Of a DNA stretch of 64,000 nucleotides, positions 22,601 through 34,300 are shown one piece after another. Position 1 is the stretch's first letter. Each line of letters starts with the position of its first letter. Made by a program: the position numbers and the translations under genes. A model generated the notes under the pieces. That model was given only the letters and a program-made list of their open reading frames with translations, was not told where the DNA came from and did no database searches. The DNA is from Pecten maximus (Eukaryota): positions 11,842,001 to 11,906,000 of the forward strand of contig NC_047030.1 of assembly GCF_902652985.1 (NCBI RefSeq), given 5' to 3'.

Positions 22601-25600
22601 TAATGGATAACGTATCAAACTAGCATTGAGTAGCCATAGTTTGTGAGGGGTTTTAGTCTGTTTACATTATTGACTGATCACAAAAGGTAATAAATTATCA
22701 AAGTCTATCAGCAGAGCCCAACACTGTGTTATAAATCAATAAATGACATGGAGTACTCCTCGGAAATTGCCCCTGTATTGGAGAATAGCGATAAAACTCC
22801 TCCATACAGATAAATGATTCAAACATGTGGATTCCCATTTGTGCAGAGGCTCAGGTTGTTGGGTAAAATTTCTTAAGATAAAATTTTGTTTTGGAAAAGA
22901 AAATTGTTTTTAATACAAACACACCAATACTTACAAATCATGTTGTATCATGTCCACAAGCAAATATTTAATGTTCTTTCTTAGAATGAAGTAGAAAGAC
23001 ATTGGTCCAAAAAATCGTGTGGATGCCAATTTGTTAAAACATCGGTTCTGCAATACGTAGTCATAAATGGTCTGTGTAACCTGTGGAATAATTCAGAACA
23101 TTACAGTATTGTTCCTAGAAACATGATCCCACAGTTAAATGATTAATTTAGAACTAGAAGTTTTGATTTTCCTGCTTACAAAGAGATTGGCAAGGACTGC
23201 AAGTTGTCATTTTAATGTAATAAATGGATGTTTAAGTTGCCATAGTTACATACTGTAGTGATGAACAACATAATAAACAAGAATTGCAAGTTGTCATGGT
23301 TATGAAATGAATATGAATTGCAAGTTGTCATGGTAACATTAAGAATGGCAATTGCAGGAATTATAAGTTTTAATGGTAAAGATTAAGAATTACATATTGC
23401 TAATTCAACTTGCTATGGTTGCCATGGCTACATAGAGAACAAGAGGCCCAATGGGCCTGTATCGCTCACCTGGCTCTACAGCAAATTTGCAGTTGATTGA
23501 GGTCATTTCTAAAGATACTATGCTGATAACAACTTTATTCAAATATCAGAGTAAGCTAGGTTTATTCCTGTCAATATATTTTTTAGTCCTTCATTCCAGC
23601 ATACTATTGGCCTAAGATCGGGTCTTGGCCCTTGGCTCTAAGCATGCTACAGAGAGGCCTAATATCAAGTCCCTGGGCCTCTTGGCTATTGAGAAGAAGT
23701 CTTTTAAAGATTTTAACCTATTTGACCTATGTAACCTTGAATGAAGGTCAAGGTCATCTATTTGAACAAACTTGGTAGCTCTTCACCCAAGCATGCTACA
23801 GGCCCAATATCAAGTCCCTGGGCCTATTGGTTATTGAGAAGAAGTTGTTTGAAGACTATAGCCTATTTGACCTATGTGACCTTGAATGAAGGTCAAGTCA
23901 TTTATTTTAACAAACTTAGTAGCCCTTCACCCAGCATGCGACAGGCCCAAAATCAAGTCCCTGGGCCTCTTGGTTATTGAGAAGAAGTCATTTGAAGATT
24001 ATAACCTATTTGACCCATGTGACCTTGAATGAAGGTCAAGGTCATTTATTTTAACAGAATTGGTAGCCCTTCACCCCAGCATGCTACAGGCTTAATATCA
24101 AGTCCCTGGACCTATTGGTTATTGAGAAGAAGTCATTTGAAGATTATAGTCTATTTGACCCATGTGACCTTGAATGAAGGTCAAGGTCAGTTATTTTAAC
24201 AAACTTGGTAGCCCTTCACCCCAGGATGCGACAGGCCCAAAATCATGTCCCTGGGCCTCTTGGTTATTGAGAAGAAGTCATTTGAAGATTATAGTCTATT
24301 TGACCCATGTGACCTTGAATGAAGGTTAAGGTCATTTATTTTAACAAACTTGGTAGCCCTTCACCCCAGCATGCTACAGGCTCAATATCAAGTACCTGGG
24401 CCTTTTGGTTATTGAGAAGAAGTCGTTTGAAAATTATAACGTATTTGACCCCTGTGACCTTGAATGAAGGTCAAAGTCATTTATTTTAACAAACTTGGTA
24501 GCCCTTCACCCCAGCATGCTACAGGCCCAATATGAAGTTCCTGGGCCTCTTGGTTATTGAGAAGAAGTTGTTTAAATGAAAAAGTTGACACCGGACGGAC
24601 GACGGACGCTGCACCATGGCATAAGCTCACTTGCCCTTTGGGCAGGTGAGCTAACAAGTATCTGGTGATGTAATAAAATGAAATCATTGCTATGATAACT
24701 AATACTACCAGGTATTAAAACTTCATAAAGACCAGTTTAAAACAAATCAGAAAGATCTCAATTCAAGATTAAACCCTGAAATGAACAGAGGGCAATAAAT
24801 CTTCAAAAAAATAAATCAATAAGCTGCTAAAAGTTGAACATGACAACATATGATTATTAAGCCGAGTATTTAAGAGGTTGGTCAAAAACTGAGAAAGGAG
24901 ATCTTCAGACAAGGGATATTGGTATAAAACTGAGAAAAGAGATCTTCAGACAAGGATCAAATACTGCAATGAAAAAAGGGCAGTAACTTTAAAGTTGAAT
25001 CAAAACACAACTACATATGATTATAAAGCCTTCTGATGTTCAACACTGACCCATACTAATATAAAGAGAAAGAATCATGTTATCTCCTGGTCACATCTAA
25101 GTATATGTATAAGATTAAGCAGGCTAGTTGGAACTCTAAATTGAGTTCCTTTCAGCCATTTAGCTAAAAAGTTTATGAAAACTATGTATGAAATAAGAAG
25201 GATTTTAGAAAATAACCTTTATTTACCTAATAGGCCCTGCCCAGTATATCACCAAATATTGTTCTGTGTTCTTACCCTGATGAAATCTGGGTCATCTGGC
25301 TCAAACTGGACACATGCTCTGTCAAGGATATAGATGATATCTGTCAATCCGTTTTCCAGCAAATGCTACAACAAAGTTAATCAAATTAATATGTTAGTTA
25401 GTTGTTGTTTTCTTTTTATCACTACTTTGACGCGAATGTCAACTACTGTGTCAAGAAAGATAAACCTTCAAATTGAAGTAATTCTTTGACAGAATTAATG
25501 TATGAAATTATTTTGCACAAATTTGAAAATATTTTTAACAATGCTTAATTAGTTTTTTTTAATAATTTCATGAATGTCATTCCTCGTGAACAGCCAGGGT

Positions 25601-28600
25601 CATTTTGAGGCTGGGTCTCATTGTAGTAGTTGGTGACTACCTCATTGAACATACAAGAATCCTGTCGCATTCCATCTAGAGCAATTAGGGTAAAGTGTCT
25701 TGCCCATGGACACAACCAAAACAGCACAGACACATGTAGGGATCGTCAAACAAAGCACCTCAGATCTTCATCCGAGGTTCTATAGCTGGTGCTCTAACCG
25801 ACTGAGTTAATGCATCCCCTTGAGTATTGAATATTCTCCCATCAAATAGGGTTTGATTTTAGACAGGTGATACTATAAGGTGACGTCTTTATTATACATA
25901 CTGCTAAATGGTCTTTCTCAAACATCTTAGGAATCCCAGCAGATACTCCTTCCCTCGGGTAGTATATATGATTAGCACGTGTTCGTTCCTCAGGATTAGC
26001 TGTCCTCAGTGTTCCATCTGTATCACGAACAACTACAACTCTATCCTGAAAAATATTCATTGTATATATTATACAGTATTCTCTTGTGTCTGATAATACA
26101 GTTACAAAGTGTCTATATTTAATGATATAAATAGTTGATTTATTTTGCATTAATGATACAATGTTCATTTGTCCCTGCAGATACACTATAATTCTATTAT
26201 GGTCTCTTCAATATTAAATATGTATAGTTCATTGCTTAGATAGTTGTCAGATATCTTCCACTTTGATTTCCAGAAATACATTTTCAGAGTATCTGTATTT
26301 GAGGGAAAATACATCACAGGACGCTTTTTGTCTCAGTATTGATAGTACACTGTACTGTTCCTTTGAAAGTTTTTTTCATGACCAATATATACTACAAAAA
26401 TTATGCCACTGTGAAGTACACCTAAATTTACATTTGATTTCCTGAAGATTATTACTAATTACAGGATAATATCCAGTTGGGATTAACCGATTGAAATAGT
26501 AATAGCAAAACCCAACCAAATTGTGGCAATGACCCTCAGCAAGTTACTAAAGTAATACTCAATTTTTCCTAAAAATGATGATTTTATTAATTATATTTAC
26601 CCTTTTTCCTTCTCCACCCGAGATGTCGGTAAACATCCATTTTGATGTCAGTGCAGGGCTAATCTCTGGATCATGACACAAAACTTTTGTGCTCTGATCT
26701 TTAGCTTTCATATATGGCGGCATTTTCAGCATTTGTATTGCCCTCTCCATTGCTGAGACTTCCATCTACATACAAAATAAGAATATATTCTAGAAGGTAG
26801 CATAAAGATTCCAAGTGGATCTTGATACCAACCATTGTGAGATTTTTATTCCTCTTAAACCTTTGCTATAAGTCATGTTGACAGTTAATACCACATGTCG
26901 ATTATACTAAGTTTTATTCAAATTCTTTTTATGTGTGATATCCGTTCTATTGTACTAGAATAATTTGAAGATTGCTAATACATCTGGATGTCACAAGACA
27001 GATTACTAATACATCTGGATGTCACAAGACAGATTGTTAATACATCTGGATGTCACAAGACAGATTACTAATACATCTGGATGTCACAAGACAGATTGTT
27101 AATACATCTGGATCGATGTCACAAGACAGATTGTTAATACATCTGGATGTCACAAGACAGATTGCTAATACATCTGGATGTCACAAGACAGATTGTTAAT
27201 ACATCTGGATGTCACAAGACAGATTGTTAATACATCTGGATGTCACAAGACAGATTGTTAATACATCTGGATGTCACAAGACAGATTGTTAATACATCTG
27301 GATGTCACAAGACAAATGGCTAATACATCTGGATGTCACAAGACAGATTGCTAATACATCTGGATGTCACAAGACAGATTGCTAATACATCTGGATGTCA
27401 CAAGACAGATTACTAATACATCTGGATGTCACAAGACAGATTGCTAATACATCAGGATGTCACAAGACAGATTGTTAATACATCTGGATGTCACAAGACA
27501 GATTGCTAATACATCTGGATGTCACAAGACAGATTACTAATACATCTGGATGTCACAAGACAGATTGCTAATACATCTGGATGTCACAAGACAGATTGTT
27601 AATACATCGATCTGGATGCCATCAATTTTGCAAAAGATATGGCCAGGTCTGTACTTTTCTGATGTAATGATGGGTCCTGCTGGCAAATTAGCACATGTAT
27701 TAATTGTGGTATCTTTATGTAACATCAACCCAGTTTCTTCTACAAGCTATATCTGCATGAATCCGACTTTTGTATCTGTTGAATAGTATGCTCTTATACA
27801 TCCAGTCAACAACGCTTCTCGGGCTTGAATATCTGTTTCTTCTGTTTGTTACATGTATATTTTAAGGCATAAACCTTGACAGACATGCAGATGTTGATAC
27901 AGACCTAGAAATCTGAAATCAATATAAAATCACCCAACAAACAACTCTGGTCCAACTGATAAACCAAAATGGTCCAGGTTTCTGCGTATGAAGTATCTGC
28001 ATTTTCATGGCCCTTTTGTGCATGTCATTGTGTATTAAATCCTTACCCATGGTAGATTATAGCTATATATAGTATTACCTACGTAAATGTATACTAACCC
28101 GTTTAAGTTCAACTTCCGACATTAATTCATAGCGAGGTTTTCGATGATGGTCTGTTTTACGGATCCTGACAGCATCTTCCATACTAAGCCGGGATATTTT
28201 TAATAATACTTCTTGCACTTTCCTCTGAAGAAATATTGGTAGGGGGTCTTGTTTAGAAAGAGGTATTTTTCGCCCACCACCTGATGTTGGAGGAGATGAA
28301 GCTGGAGGTTGATGTGTCTCATCAGATGAACCTGAGGATCCAGTGCTACCTGCAGGAAAATTGAAAGTTGTTTAATGTATGACCACATTTAAAAATAGCA
28401 CAAGAATCCCACGGAAGTGGATGTATCGCCTGCGCAGCAAGCTAGGAGAAAAACAGCTTGGATATTCATTGTATCTATGTATGATTTGCCAGATGGATTC
28501 CCATGCAATGAACGAACTCACAAATGATACAGTGCATTCCTCTTTATATCATGTTGCATTTGTCAGACAGAAACATGATATTAACAGGTATATGTGACAT

Positions 28601-31032
28601 TAAGAGAAACATGTTTTTTTCAACTAAATCTAGTGCATTCCAATCTCCATAACTAAAAGTAAGCTATTCAATAGTAACAGTGACCTTGACCTTTTAACAT
28701 CGAACCTGAAAGCAATCCAAAGCAAGCATTTCCTGTAAGAAAGCATCGTATGAAGTTTGAGCCTGATTGGCTAAGGAAAACTTGAGTAATCACATGGAAA
28801 CAAATTTTCTATTCAAAGTAACGTTAACAGTGACCTTGATCTCAAACCTGAAAAAACAATCCCAAGCAAACAGTTTTGATAAGGAAGCACTTACAAAGTT
28901 TAAGTTTGATTGGCCCAAGGGATAACTTCAGTTCCCGGACTTTGACTTTTGAACATGATCATGATGACCTATCACATATCTGAAATTCCATTGTACAATA
29001 GTCATGTTTTGTTTGTGGTATTTCCGGAATATTAGAGTGCCACAAAGTGTTCTTAAATTTAGATAATTTGGATTTGAAAGAACTCCAACAGGTAGCTTTA
29101 TAAGTCGCTAGAACGGCCATGTCAGCCATGTTGTTTACTACAAAACGTAAGCTAACATTGGTCAAGGGAGATAACTACACATTTTCAAGTATCGCCATAC
29201 AGATCAAGGATAGACGATGCATCGATGCACAACACTAGTACTGTGATCCAATACATTGATGCATCAGTGAATCGTTACACCACTAATGAATACATAATAC
29301 TGGTAGAATGCAGAGTTGATAGAACTTAAACTATTTATATAAGTTCTAATACTGACTGCATATGTACTGTATGTCATCATTACACTATTTGTCAACCCTG
29401 TCATCAGCACTAACTTGCATCTGCATCATCTGTTGCTTCATCTCTGTGCTTATGGGGCATGATAAAGGGGTATATATTAATTTCATTAAAAACTTGAAAT
29501 ATTTTATAAATAAAAATAAAAACATAAATCTTAAACATTAACAAGTACCTAACAATCTTATTAAGGACATAGAAATTGCATTTCAAAATGAAGCCCAATC
29601 TTCTATTAGCTTTCTTAATGTTTGTGAATTTGTCCACTGCAAAAATAATAAGTTTGTGGCCTCATGCAAGTCAAATGCAAGAAACTCTAGTTCTATTTGT
29701 ATTTGTTTTAACATAATGTGTCACTTCGATGTTGTATGGTAATTATTTAATTTCTTCTTGACTGTTTTGATTAGTACAAAATTAAATCATAACGGTCCTC
29801 TAGTCGTTGGTGTTATGTCAATTTACTTACTACACGCGTATGCCCCAAGTTTACAACAATAATCTCCACAGGTGTTGATTTCAGAGTCGGTTGGCCCAGC
29901 ATCTGTCATGTTTGCTGATTTACAGAAAATTTTGGGTAAATTTTAACCGTTCTGGACACAAAATCAGTTCAGTATTCGGAATAAGAGTGATCAGTATTGG
30001 GAAGTGTTTTTATTATCATAATGAAGAAGGGTCATTTCCGTATATCACCATTTTGGTTAGTATCAAGAGATCTTCGGTTTGGAGAAGGATCAGCTTTGGA
30101 AAGATTGCACTGTATTATCATTATCGTTCATTACACATTCTGCCCTGCAGGTAGGGCGTAAGAATTGTACCTGCTGCCCCCATTGCATGATCGTAAGAGG
30201 TGACTAAATTTGGGATCTTATCTTTTCTCTTCTTTCTGAACAACTTTCTTCTTCCTAATGTCTCCCTTGACAATGCCTCACTTTTGGTCTTCATTTGAGC
30301 GTTCGCCCCTGTGAGGAAGACTTTGGGTTCTGTCCCCTGGCCGAGACATACCAGAGTCATTAAAAATGGTAGTTGCTACTCCTGTTTAGCGCTCAGCATA
30401 TTAGGAGTGGGACGACTGGTTCGCCCGTTGTCAGTATACTGTGACCGGGTGGGGTACCGTTGTCCTGCTGGGTGTCTTCGACAGTATGCTTCAGTGAGGT
30501 AGAACTATAAATCGGCAAAAGTTCCGGCCTATCACAAGGAGAATAAACACACAAACGCACTCACCACACGTATGCATGTCGCACGCACGGGAGGGCGTCC
30601 TTAAATGACCTTAGCTGTTAATAGCTAGGACGTTAAACAAAACAAACCAAACCAAACCAAACATTACACATTGTGGGCTGAACATGCAGATGTCGAGAAG
30701 GTCTTGAAAATCTTTGCCTAGACTTATCCTAAAGCAACTCAAAGTCGCTAGGTCAGCCTTAATTTTAAATAGTTTAGGCGAGGTATATTCATATGGATTA
30801 TAAATTATAATATATTCTTATTGACAGAACGTCAAACTCCAGTGGAAAAAACAATTGCTGAATCCGAAATGACCTGTTCACGCCAAGGTCGATCGACATA
30901 TTTATCGTCGTATTGATATAATTTAAGCATCAAAGTAAAAGAAAACTTACTCTCTCTTGAATATGTTCGTAAGCATGTCCTTCTTATGTTATATAACCTC
31001 CGAAATAACTTCAAATGATCTAATGATGCCAT
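16684..31032 (-). CDS. MRPS22: 28S ribosomal protein S22, mitochondrial (~367 aa, 8 coding exons)
   Basis: Exons (minus): 31032-30951, 28349-28099, 26765-26601, 26045-25902, 25365-25276, 23080-22935, 22591-22477, 16794-16684; phases match. Motifs: Arg-rich transit peptide, LKMPPYM, FTDIS, DRVVVVRDTDGTLRTA..EER.R....YYPREG, ILDRACVQFEPDDPDF, L.STRFFGPM.FY. AATAAA on minus at ~16611-16616. Confidence 0.92.
17545..17805 (-). mobile_element. CORE-SINE-like copy
   Basis: Shares CCTTGTAG..GCTGGTGGCTA.CTC..ACAA and TAAAGTGTCTT..GAAGGACACAACC with the 15250 copy. Confidence 0.6.
17998..22482 (-). repeat. 24-bp minisatellite, ~180 copies (~4.5 kb), whose unit is the MRPS22 exon 7 donor junction
   Basis: Minus-strand unit ATAATAGAG|GTAGGTACTCGGATC. 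The real exon ends TTAATAGAG|GTAGGTACTCGGAT at 22477/22476 and runs straight into the array. Confidence 0.95.
23438..24654 (+). mobile_element. Non-autonomous Helentron-associated (HINE/pearl-like) element with ~145-bp internal tandem repeats
   Basis: Starts AACAAGAGGCCCAATGGGCC..GCTCACCTG; about 6.5 core repeats (GTGACCTTGAATGAAGGTCAAG-type at 23731, 23876, 24019, 24164, 24309, 24454); (GGAC)n microsatellite; terminal palindrome AGCTCACTTGCCCTTTGGGCAGGTGAGCT. Confidence 0.8.
25575..25820 (-). mobile_element. CORE-SINE-like copy with recognisable tRNA head
   Basis: Minus strand begins TTAACTCAGTCGGTTAGAGCACCAGCT (A box) and contains the CORE-like GTGTCCATGGGCAAGACACTTTACCC. Confidence 0.7.
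26969..27608. repeat. 31-bp minisatellite, ~20 copies, in an MRPS22 intron
   Basis: Unit AGATTG(C/T)TAATACATCTGGATGTCACAAGAC. Confidence 0.95.
30140..30661 (+). mobile_element. Apparently full-length SINE (Meta/MESC-like) with 11-bp target-site duplication
   Basis: TSD CATTACACATT at 30129-30139 and 30662-30672; central AAAAATGGTAGTTGCTACTCCTGTTTAGCGCTCAGCAT; tail CGTCCTTAAATGACCTTAGCTGTTAATAG..GGACGTTAAAC(AAACC)n. Confidence 0.82.
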
Positions 31033-31336
31033 TTTTTCGCTCTCAGCATGACCGGAAGTTGAATTTCTAAGCACGTAAAACAGTTCAATTGTCGTAAAAA
31101 AATAATAAATATTAATACAAACATTTCATTATATTCAATGTATTAGGAGGTGTTATGTTAAAATAAATGTTCTGTAAACGACGTTACAGCTTTATAGACA
31201 TTTAAAATCTATTTAAAACATGATCTACAACGACATGCCATAAAACTTAACACACCTAAACCCACGTGAACTTGTAAACAAACTGAACAGATGAAAAACA
31301 CTTTCAATCGGACAAAACTTTGCAAATCGTGACAAA
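31033..31336. promoter_or_regulatory. Bidirectional promoter, MRPS22 / NOL7-like
   Basis: Divergent ATGs lie ~305 bp apart; ETS/GABP-type CCGGAAGT at 31052-31059. Confidence 0.7.
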
Positions 31337-34300
31337 ATGAGCCGCAGATATTCATCAAGGAAAGTGGAAGATGACGAATTCGAAAGTGAAATATTTAAAG
31401 ATATTGAAAAGAAAACTGAAGACAAAAGTGGGACATCTGGATCAGAAAATGAGTCTGGTAAATTGTCAAATTCAAAAGATTATAAACATGCACCAGTGCA
31501 GGCATGGTGAACGTTTATATGGAATTTATGTTTAATCATGAAAATGATAATGATAATAAAGCAGTCAAAATAAGACAAATACACAAAGTCTTCACCTCCA
31601 CCGAACCCAGGTTCTTTGGCTTCAACAAAGCTTTCACCTAATCTCCTAGGCTTGGTGGTTTATAGTATATTCTAAACTATCCAATAGGATAAAGAACACA
31701 AACACAAAAGTTGTATTTCCCAGCGACATAGGCACTGACTAATTTATTGTCAAATAACAATACATGTAGTAAAAATAACATATTTCACACACACACAACT
31801 CCTACCCTAACCTAACCTATACTGTATTATATTATAATGCACCATATGAAAATTACCCTTAAAAAATTTAAAATTTACGTGTGATCTGGTATACCTGTGT
31901 CGCCTGAATGACACGTATAGGCTATACCTTACCCAATTTGCATGTGCAAATACCAGTAACGCCACCTATTGGCGTACCTCATACCGAAGAGAAAATAATT
32001 ACATCCTAATTCCTACCGTCAACCGGTTGAAATTATATGTATATTCTGTTAACGTCCTATCAATTATAACAGCTAAATATAATTAATAAGGCCATTTAAG
32101 GTGCTTCAGTACACTTGTGCCGAGTAAAATTTGAGAAATAACGGTTTGTAATCAATGATGAATCCCTCGACATATTTTGATGTGGTATTATATATTACTG
32201 AATAGTTACATAAACATTAAAAACAGATATTTCAATATAAAATTATTTAAATTATATTAAACGACCTAGTTTATAATTGGTGTACAATCAGAAACTACAG
32301 AATTCAGAGGGCAATATTATTTTAAATATTTTTTTTGTGAAACGGGTACAAATTAATAATATCGTTGTATTAGCTAGTGTTCATCTATGCCATGCCAGGC
32401 TTAATTGTTTTTGTTCAAATGATCAAAATGGTGGTGTATTTATAATTTTCATGATGAAAATGGTTATTTATATAAATGGTCTAATTTGACAAAAAAAAAG
32501 CCTGGCACGACATAGATAAACACACTAATATAATGATATTTTTGTAACTATTTCACCAAAAAAAAAACATTTTAGATAAGCTCTACACTAGGCACGGTGT
32601 CATGGACAGAGGAAACTTGGGTAAGTAGTAAAAACCCTGATCATGGCACCAAAGCTGTAAAAAGAAGAAGTAATGTAGAATATCTTGAACCAGCCAACTT
32701 TAACTCTCTAATGCAGATGGCAAGCTTAAGGCTTACTGGAGACGGTCACTCACTAGCTCATTTTCATTACTGTACTTATCCTAGAATAAGCCAATGCAAC
32801 TTACGTACTGTAAAAGTTAGTATTTAAGTTTGCAGACGGCTTATTTGTAAACCTATTATTAACTTGATATTTTTAAAATGAATGATTATATTTACCAGTT
32901 TGCAGATTTGAAGAAGGATGCTAATTTGTGGGCAGGGACTTATTTGGGGATAAATATCAACCAACCTGTTAGTGTAGTCTCATGCATCATGTATATGTGA
33001 GAGTATTACACTATGTTATACAGGTATCTGTTAAAGATTATTTAGAATTAATTTGCTATTTTTTTACTGACATTTTTATTTGGATCTTTACATTGCAGTG
33101 GAATCTGAATCTTCTGAAAACGAAAACTTATTAGTGGAAAGTGATGAGGAATATGATGGAGATATTGTTGGTGCAACAATTGAAAGGACTGGCATGGATC
33201 ACATGGAAGACAGTGATGGGGACGATGCACCAGAAACAGTTTCATTTCAGTCAGGAAAGGATAATGCTTTACAGAAAATGAAACAGGTCATGAAACAGAT
33301 CGATACAGAAAAGATAGCCCTTAAAACCAAGCGTAGACAGCTGGATCAGCAGTACAAGGAACAAAAGGTATGGAGAAGCTAAAACAAATGTCACAAGATT
33401 TCACAATTTTGAATTTTTAATGAGATTTTTTTGAAAAACATGGGTAAAAATCCCCAAATCTCTGCCCAAACTGATCCCTGAAGAATATCCACTTGGAGTT
33501 GAGTATGATTCTGTAGATATAAGTTTGATTGCAATCATAACAGTGAATGGTTGTGTTAACTTTATTGATATTAATTCATGACTTCTTTCATTTAAGGGAA
33601 GAAATAAACTGTATCCTACTAAAGAAATTTCTAGAATTTAAATCTTCTTTGTAAGAACCATGTCACATGAGAGAAATTTCTATAGAATCATTGTCTTTCA
33701 ATTGTATCTATATGGTAACAACGCTTTTCAGTGTATATACTAGAATGTATTGTTGTTCTTTTTGTCAGGTAAAGCATGCATGTGTATTGTGTGATGCTAT
33801 ACCAAACACCTCCCATGTTTATAAAATGTAAACAAGTTGGTGTGTCAGATTAGTCTTGGATGAGTTTATGAGTGTTTATGAGTCAATTTAAATATATGGT
33901 TATGTATTGATTGAAAACTGTGGCTTATGATCGAAGATGTGAAGAAAATATTAAGTAAAAACTGATGTGGCCATCATAAGCTCTCTTTAATTGTTCCATC
34001 ATTTTTTCACATTGTCACATACGATGTACATAAATGTACATATAATGTTAATTTATGTATGTTAATTATAAATTCAAAGTGATTTTATTGTGTGAGTTAA
34101 GCAATAATTATATAACCTCCTGCCTGTTTTGTTTTTTCAGAAAAGAAAGTTGGAGAAACTGTCAAAGAGTAAGCTACCAGAGGATTTCTTTAATGATTTG
34201 CCAGAAAAGTTGAGCGATGTTAAGTCCAAATCATCTTCAAAGAATAAAAGAGGTATGTACATCCACCTGTACTTTTATATCATTGCTCAACACACATGTT

